Shown: positions 58,715 to 64,000 of the stretch, one piece after another | Layout: each line of letters starts with the position of its first letter | How positions within the stretch are numbered: the first letter of the stretch is position 1 | Source: Rhodothermales bacterium | GTDB lineage: Bacteria > Bacteroidota > Rhodothermia > Rhodothermales > Bin80 | Direction of reading: 5' to 3' | Length of the DNA stretch: 64,000 bases | Assembly (NCBI GenBank): GCA_965208025.1 | Contig: OZ242302.1 | Location: 2,797,980-2,861,979, forward strand | Made by a program: the position numbers and the translations under genes | Notes under the pieces: model-generated | The model's input: the letters and a program-made list of their open reading frames with translations, nothing else | Told to the model about the DNA's origin: nothing | The model's database searches: none

Positions 58715-58797
58715 TGCCGGAGGTGGGACTCGAACCCACACATCCTAAGGACACAGGTTCCTAAGACCTGCGCGTCTACCAATTCCGCCACTCCGGC
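58715..58797 (-). tRNA. tRNA-Leu (anticodon UAG)
   Basis: The reverse complement is GCCGGAGTGGCGGAATTGGTAGACGCGCAGGTCTTAGGAACCTGTGTCCTTAGGATGTGTGGGTTCGAGTCCCACCTCCGGCA. It has a 7-bp acceptor stem (GCCGGAG/CTCCGGC), an anticodon stem CAGGT/ACCTG with loop CTTAGGA, a long variable arm, and a GGTTCGAGTCC T-loop. CCA is not encoded. Confidence 0.9.
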
Positions 58798-58824
58798 AAA
58801 TCAACCGGCTATGGATATATATTT

Positions 58825-59919
58825 ATGAGAAATTGTTCCATCTTATCTTGGGGGTTTGGCCTAGTCCTGCTCACTTCCTCGGCCCAAGCGCAAGAGAATG
58901 ATTCAAATCGTGACCCTCTTCGAGTGAGGCATACAGAGTTTGTTGAAATCAATTCAGCATCGCCCAGCGGGATGAATCAAGAATGGATAGAGCAGGTTCG
59001 CCTTGGGACTCTTCGTCTATCTGGATGTGCGGCGGCATTGGTCAGTTCGGACGGGCTGGCCGCAACCAGTGCAGGATGTTTGCGCTCACTGGAATCATGG
59101 ATTCGTCCGAATGATTCCCCATTTGTGGCGGAAGACTTGTCGCAGGAACAGCGATTAGCGGGGCTGACCGTAAATCAGCTTGTGGATATTCAAGAAGTTT
59201 CGGGAATCCATGGATCAAATGGAAGTCCCGCCTCTGGTCAGCGAACAGAAATCATCGTGGATGAAGATCGTAGGAGATTCTGGGAATATTCTTGGAATGT
59301 CTATGATGATGTGAGAATTGTGGTGATTCCTCCAGTTGAAGTGACAAAGTTTGGAAGTGAGGATGGAGTTTATCCCAGGTTTACGGTGGACTTTGCACTG
59401 GTGAGAATTTATGATCAGGAGGGACAACCTTTGGATACGGAGAGTTACTTCGCATGGAGTGACCGTCCCCCATACAGTCGTGAAAAACTGTTCATGACCG
59501 CCTATGATGGGAGCGAGATGTTCACTCTTGTGACGCAATCCAGTACGTACCGGTATAACGGTACCCTTGCTCCACTCTATACCACCCTGTATGGTATGCT
59601 CGATCAGTATCATTCGCATGGCGCAACTGGATTCTGGGCATTGCCGCCAGAGTGGGACACTGGAATCCGGCAAGGCAATTTGTCTGCCGCACTGAATTTT
59701 TCGGTATCAGGTGAATGTGCCCAGATCGGGAGTGCAATCATAGACATTGATATGGAGATTTTGGGAATTGCCTTTGATTCTGCCAATACCGAGGTAGGAA
59801 GCCGGTGTGTCGCGGTGTCAACCGCTGGAATTCTATCAATACTGGAGTCTGTATTCAATGCGCATGGAGTCATAGAGGAATTGGCCAATCAGTCCTTGGA
59901 TGAGAGCGATGACAGATAA
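58825..59919 (+). CDS. Short, probably catalytically inactive S46-peptidase-like protein
   Basis: The signal peptide is MRNCSILSWGFGLVLLTSSAQAQ. The protein aligns with the N- and C-terminal chymotrypsin-fold parts of the downstream S46 peptidase (GCAAALVSSDGLAATSAGC vs GCSASFVSGQGLILTNHHC; VYPRFTVDFALVRIYD vs FTFPRYTLDMAFFRAYD; SGECAQIGSAIIDIDMEILGIAFDS vs TGGNSGSPLLNQDLEIVGLVFDG). The catalytic His and Ser are replaced, and the ~300-aa helical domain is absent. Confidence 0.65.
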   Translation: MRNCSILSWGFGLVLLTSSAQAQENDSNRDPLRVRHTEFVEINSASPSGMNQEWIEQVRLGTLRLSGCAAALVSSDGLAATSAGCLRSLESWIRPNDSPFVAEDLSQEQRLAGLTVNQLVDIQEVSGIHGSNGSPASGQRTEIIVDEDRRRFWEYSWNVYDDVRIVVIPPVEVTKFGSEDGVYPRFTVDFALVRIYDQEGQPLDTESYFAWSDRPPYSREKLFMTAYDGSEMFTLVTQSSTYRYNGTLAPLYTTLYGMLDQYHSHGATGFWALPPEWDTGIRQGNLSAALNFSVSGECAQIGSAIIDIDMEILGIAFDSANTEVGSRCVAVSTAGILSILESVFNAHGVIEELANQSLDESDDR

Positions 59920-62131
59920 ACGATCCTTCTGGCGAGTCGTAGGGTTTTTGTCTCTGGTAGCCCTACTTTCAGGTTGCGCACCTGCTACACTGGAAGTGGT
60001 GCAAGTGATTAATCAACCTCTGGTTGTAGAAGAAGCATCACCCTCATCGGTGAATGCCATGGAAGAAATCATCTCCTCCCCAAGTACAGTGGACAGATTT
60101 GATGTGGATCTTGGCAGATTTGATGGTGGAAAGATGTGGACCTTTGACAGCCCTCCCAAGGAGTGGCTTTCTGAGGCCTACGGAATTCAGGCAGATTCCA
60201 CTTGGTTTGCCAAGGCCATGCTCGGAGCCTTGCGGTTCGGAACGGGATGTTCTGCCAGCTTTGTTTCTGGTCAGGGATTAATTCTTACTAATCACCATTG
60301 TGCACGTGAGTATATTACGGAGGTATTCCAAGAGGGGGAAGACCTGATTGATGAGGGATTCTCAACGAGGGAGAAGTCAGAGGAGCGCCGAGTCCCTGAC
60401 TTGTATGTGGAACAACTCAGACAGATCACAGATGTGACTCGGCGAGTCCATAGTGCCAGCCGTGTTGTACGGGGAGATAATGAACGTGTACAGGCGCGTC
60501 GGGCAAAAGCGGATGAGATTGCGAGTGAGTTGACGGAAAAAGCCATGATGCGTGACTCCACTCTCCGCGTGGAAATCGTTGAAATCTATAGCGGTGAGAA
60601 ATATGTTGCGCATACGTATCGGCGTTATGAGGATGTACGTCTAGTGATGGCCCCCGAAAAAAGCATTGGATATTTTGGAGGGGAGGAGGACAACTTTACA
60701 TTCCCTCGTTATACCCTTGATATGGCGTTCTTCCGTGCTTATGATCGAAACGGGAACCCGGCCCTCACGCCTGATCACTACCGATGGAGCATGGAAGGGG
60801 CAACCGCCGAGGATGTGGTATTTGTCGTGGGGAACCCCGGATCAACAAGTCGGCTCGGGAGCGTGTCGCAACTGGAGTTTGAGAGAGATTATATCTTGGT
60901 TCAACAGGTGGATGCCTTGCGCCGGCGGGCGGAAGTGTTACGTCCACTTACGGGAATGGATGTCCCGCATGGAGACGCGCTGGACAACATGTGGTTTGGC
61001 ATTAGCAATACGCTCAAGGCATTAACAGGCCAGTTGGCTGGGCTTCGCAATGATACGCTGATTGCCCGCCGCAGTGCAGCGGATTTTCAGATTCGGGAAG
61101 ATCTATTCAAGTCCGATTCTCTCTCTACCCTCTATGGGACATTGTTTCAGGAATTGGATGAACTCCAGCTGTCCAAGCGTGCGGAGGCAGATCGAATGGC
61201 AGCATTCACCTTCTTTGGATCCTCCTTCGGATCACGGATCCTGACACGAGCGCTCTATGGATATTATTTGGGAAACCTTGAACGTCGAGGGTTTGTAGAT
61301 CCAGAAGTGATCAAGGAGATTCGTAGGGATGCATTAGCCCTTGAAGATATTCCTTTGGAGGCGGATCAGGCGATGATCACGCTTCGCCTCAATGAACTTC
61401 GGGAAGCACTTGGAGATCAAGATCCAACGATTCGTAGCCTTTTGGGAGGCCTCCCCATAGATAGTTTGGTCGCAGGCATGGTTGGAATGACTGCACTTTC
61501 GGATTCCGCCCGATTCGCCACCCTCCTGGATAAGGGTTTCCTGACCAGTGAGGATCCACTGGTTCCCATGATCAGTGCGTTGGCACCGTTATATTTTACC
61601 GCGCAACAGCAGGCAGAAAGCTTTAAGAATAGAGAAGATCTGCTGGTTGGCGAATTGGCCTCGCTCAGATTTGCACTCTATGGGACGGATACTCCTCCCG
61701 ATGCTTCGTTCTCTCTCCGAATTTCTGACGGACAGGTTCGGGGCTATTCATATAACGGAACCCAAGCACCAGCATTCACCACATTCTATGGATTGTATGA
61801 CCACTACTATGCTTATCGGAGCATGAGTGGATCATGGGATCTTCCCGAGCACTGGCAAGATCCTCCAGAATCACTGGATCTCTCCACACCACTCAACTTG
61901 GTGAGCACAAATGATATTACAGGAGGTAACTCAGGATCGCCTTTATTGAACCAAGACCTTGAGATCGTCGGCCTCGTCTTTGATGGAAATATTGAGTCCT
62001 TACCCAATGTGTATATTTTTTCAGATCATGCTGCGCGTACGGTTTCTGTTGATGCTCGAGCAATTCTTGCTTCCCTGCAAAACATCTACAAGTTGGAGGA
62101 TCTGGTGACCGAAATCACCAAGGTAGAGTAA
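59900..62131 (+). CDS. S46-family dipeptidyl-peptidase (DPP7/DPP11/DAP BII-like), lipoprotein
   Basis: The protein is 743 aa with the lipoprotein signal FLSLVALLSGC. The catalytic motifs are LTNHHCA (His), FPRYTLDMAFFR (Asp region) and TGGNSGSPLL (Ser). A long helical insertion lies between them. Confidence 0.88.
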   Translation: MRAMTDKRSFWRVVGFLSLVALLSGCAPATLEVVQVINQPLVVEEASPSSVNAMEEIISSPSTVDRFDVDLGRFDGGKMWTFDSPPKEWLSEAYGIQADSTWFAKAMLGALRFGTGCSASFVSGQGLILTNHHCAREYITEVFQEGEDLIDEGFSTREKSEERRVPDLYVEQLRQITDVTRRVHSASRVVRGDNERVQARRAKADEIASELTEKAMMRDSTLRVEIVEIYSGEKYVAHTYRRYEDVRLVMAPEKSIGYFGGEEDNFTFPRYTLDMAFFRAYDRNGNPALTPDHYRWSMEGATAEDVVFVVGNPGSTSRLGSVSQLEFERDYILVQQVDALRRRAEVLRPLTGMDVPHGDALDNMWFGISNTLKALTGQLAGLRNDTLIARRSAADFQIREDLFKSDSLSTLYGTLFQELDELQLSKRAEADRMAAFTFFGSSFGSRILTRALYGYYLGNLERRGFVDPEVIKEIRRDALALEDIPLEADQAMITLRLNELREALGDQDPTIRSLLGGLPIDSLVAGMVGMTALSDSARFATLLDKGFLTSEDPLVPMISALAPLYFTAQQQAESFKNREDLLVGELASLRFALYGTDTPPDASFSLRISDGQVRGYSYNGTQAPAFTTFYGLYDHYYAYRSMSGSWDLPEHWQDPPESLDLSTPLNLVSTNDITGGNSGSPLLNQDLEIVGLVFDGNIESLPNVYIFSDHAARTVSVDARAILASLQNIYKLEDLVTEITKVE

Positions 62132-62313
62132 ATGCGGAACCTGTCAGCAATCCCCTACTTTCTCATCTCGGGGAGGTTGTGATCCTCTTACCGCCCGTCA
62201 CGGTGAAGGGCAAACTGCTAAATCTGGGATGCCTATATTGGAGATATTACAGATTACCAGCGCGGAGAGAATGCAGTGAAAGAATCGGAGGGGCAAAATG
62301 ACTGTTATTCGGA

Positions 62314-63465
62314 ATGGAAGAGAGTACACAGAATAGAGAATTGGCGCTAGTATTGGGAGGTGGAGGAGCCAGATCTGCGTATCAGGCAGGTGTAATTTGC
62401 TGTATGCGTGAGTTAGCTCCAGAGGTCTCTTATCCGATCATTTCTGGAGTCTCTGCAGGTGCAATCAATGCGGTATATCTTGCCGGGAATCCGGGGCGCG
62501 CAGGTGCAGAGGCACTGGTTCAATGTTGGAAGAAGATTCATCGCAACCGAGTCTACAAGCCTGAATCGGCCATGAGTGTCATTCGGCGAATTCTGCCGAC
62601 TATTCCACTCGCGAATGCAGTGATCCAACTTCAGGAAGGAGAGGCAATCCTTGATACCAAGCCCCTGCGCAAATACCTGTCCCAGCAATTACCGACTTCG
62701 CTGGACGGAACCTTGCCACAAGTTCACCGAAATTTGAGTGAGGGGGAACTGTCAGCGGTCTGTGTTACGACCACCAGTTTCACTACGGGACAATCTGTGA
62801 CCTGGGTTCAGGGGCGCGAACTCAAAGGATGGCAGCGCCCGAACCGGATTGCTCATCAAACGGAGATCACCCTGGATCATGTCATGGCATCCTCCGCTTT
62901 ACCCCTTTTGTTTCCAGCGGTTCAGATCGGTAGTCAATGGCACGGCGATGGAGGGATTCGTTTGATTGCTCCATTGGCACCAGCACTCCACTTGGGGGCA
63001 ACAGATATCATCTGTATCTCGCCTAAATACCCACGTACGCAAATGGAAGCAGCCGTGCCCGCAATTACAGGTTATCCACCTGCTGCCCAGATTATGGGAA
63101 TCATGCTGAATGCCACTTTTCTGGATGCGTTTGACCATGATGTCCGCATGGCAAATCGAATCACTCGATTGGCGAGGCATACACCTGAGGCGGAACGAGG
63201 TGGAATACGTCCAGTGAATATTCTCTTAATTCAGCCTTCGAGAGATGTTGCCAAGTTAGCCCAAGGATTAGAGGGAAAGACACGGGGGATCCTACGCATG
63301 CTCACCAAAGGGTTGGGAAGTGCGGATACGCTAAGTCCCGATTGGCTGAGTGTTATGCTTTTTGAACCCGAATTTATTGAGCGGGTGCTGGAACTCGGGT
63401 ACGAGGACGGTAGGCGTCAGGCCTCCGAGATCATGAAGTTTCTTGGAAGGGCAATGAATGAATAG
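62314..63465 (+). CDS. Patatin-like phospholipase
   Basis: The oxyanion motif is VLGGGGARSAYQAGV, the nucleophile elbow is GVSAG, and the catalytic Asp is in HGDGGIR. Confidence 0.88.
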   Translation: MEESTQNRELALVLGGGGARSAYQAGVICCMRELAPEVSYPIISGVSAGAINAVYLAGNPGRAGAEALVQCWKKIHRNRVYKPESAMSVIRRILPTIPLANAVIQLQEGEAILDTKPLRKYLSQQLPTSLDGTLPQVHRNLSEGELSAVCVTTTSFTTGQSVTWVQGRELKGWQRPNRIAHQTEITLDHVMASSALPLLFPAVQIGSQWHGDGGIRLIAPLAPALHLGATDIICISPKYPRTQMEAAVPAITGYPPAAQIMGIMLNATFLDAFDHDVRMANRITRLARHTPEAERGGIRPVNILLIQPSRDVAKLAQGLEGKTRGILRMLTKGLGSADTLSPDWLSVMLFEPEFIERVLELGYEDGRRQASEIMKFLGRAMNE

Positions 63466-64000
63466 ACGTCAGTTGGTAAGAGGGTTGAGTCTGATTGGGC
63501 TGGCATTCCTTTTTTTCTTGCCAGAGACAGGTGCTCAAATTGTTCGCGGCCGTGTAACGGATCAATCAACCAATGAACCCTTACCAGCTGCAACGGTCCA
63601 GATTGCAGGCACATATAAGGGTACTATTACGAATCGCGAAGGCGTGTATGAAATTGCAGTAGATCAACTGCCCGTGAAGGTGGTCGTGCGATACATTGGG
63701 TATCGTACGGACACGCTCACCGCGCATACTGTAATGCCCCTGGAGTTCCAACTGGTGCCCGTCACAATAGAAATGGAGCAGATGGTTGTGACCGATGAGA
63801 ATCCCGCGATCTGGATCATGCGTCAGGTGATTGAGCGAAAGCAAGTCTGGCGCAAGCGGATCCAGACCTTTGAGGCTCAGGCCTATGCCCGCTATACCTT
63901 TTCAAATGATTCGGGGATTGTGGCCATTACGGAATCCGCTGCAACTGCATGGTGGGATCATGACCGGGGTCTGCGCGAGGAAGTAACGGGAACTCGTAAT
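63458..64000 (+). CDS. CarboxypepD_reg-like domain protein (DUF5686-like), 3' end beyond the window
   Basis: This ORF is not in the track because no stop falls in the window. ATG 63458 overlaps the patatin stop by 8 nt. It reads MNRRQLVRGLSLIGLAFLFFLPETGAQ|IVRGRVTDQSTNEPLPAATVQIAGTYKGTITNREGVYEI..IGYRTD, a signal peptide plus a typical carboxypeptidase-regulatory-like beta-sandwich. The frame is open to position 64000. Confidence 0.75.
   Translation, partial: MNRRQLVRGLSLIGLAFLFFLPETGAQIVRGRVTDQSTNEPLPAATVQIAGTYKGTITNREGVYEIAVDQLPVKVVVRYIGYRTDTLTAHTVMPLEFQLVPVTIEMEQMVVTDENPAIWIMRQVIERKQVWRKRIQTFEAQAYARYTFSNDSGIVAITESAATAWWDHDRGLREEVTGTRN

Overview
This is a 64-kb bacterial window. The organism looks like a member of the FCB group (Bacteroidota/Rhodothermota-like). 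The evidence is that one giant protein ends in a T9SS-type C-terminal sorting domain, several lipoboxes are present, and most start codons lack a Shine-Dalgarno sequence. This placement is an inference, not a database result.

Three giant surface proteins dominate the window (2735, 2529 and 2020 aa). All are built from eukaryote-like modules: LRR, Calx-beta-like arrays, cadherin-like domains and Fn3. Two of them end in an autotransporter-like beta-barrel, and the third ends in a T9SS C-terminal domain.

Recognisable core genes:
- nrdJ
- a glycogen/alpha-glucan cluster: glgE-glgB, glgX and malQ
- a GNAT acetyltransferase
- a YdbS/YdbT-like PH-domain pair
- an SDR-type oxidoreductase
- msrB
- tRNA-Leu(UAG)
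- an S46 dipeptidyl-peptidase with a catalytically dead short paralog upstream
- a patatin-like lipase
- a partial CarboxypepD_reg-domain gene at the right edge

The window also carries a lot of mobile-element debris:
- one IS4/IS5-type element, plus an inverted partial copy and a solo end of it
- a frameshifted second transposase
- IS21-type istA and istB remnants
- a MITE-like element that shares the IS21-like termini
- a phage Gp37-like remnant

About 83-bp imperfect direct repeats at 24564-24646 and 30698-30780 bracket a ~6-kb accessory islet.

My best candidate for an undescribed system lies inside that islet. It is an IS-bracketed trio at 27225-29153: a secreted 8-Cys/Gly-rich peptide, a translationally coupled beta-propeller-like lipoprotein, and a membrane-anchored 1-Cys thioredoxin-fold protein.

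Second-tier observations:
- the unusual autotransporter-like giants
- a G/C-homopolymer inverted repeat enclosing the start codon of the T9SS giant
- duplication scars around an orphan AAA+ ATPase

All repeat coordinates and identity estimates were made by eye and may be off by a few bp. All family assignments rest on remembered motifs, not searches.
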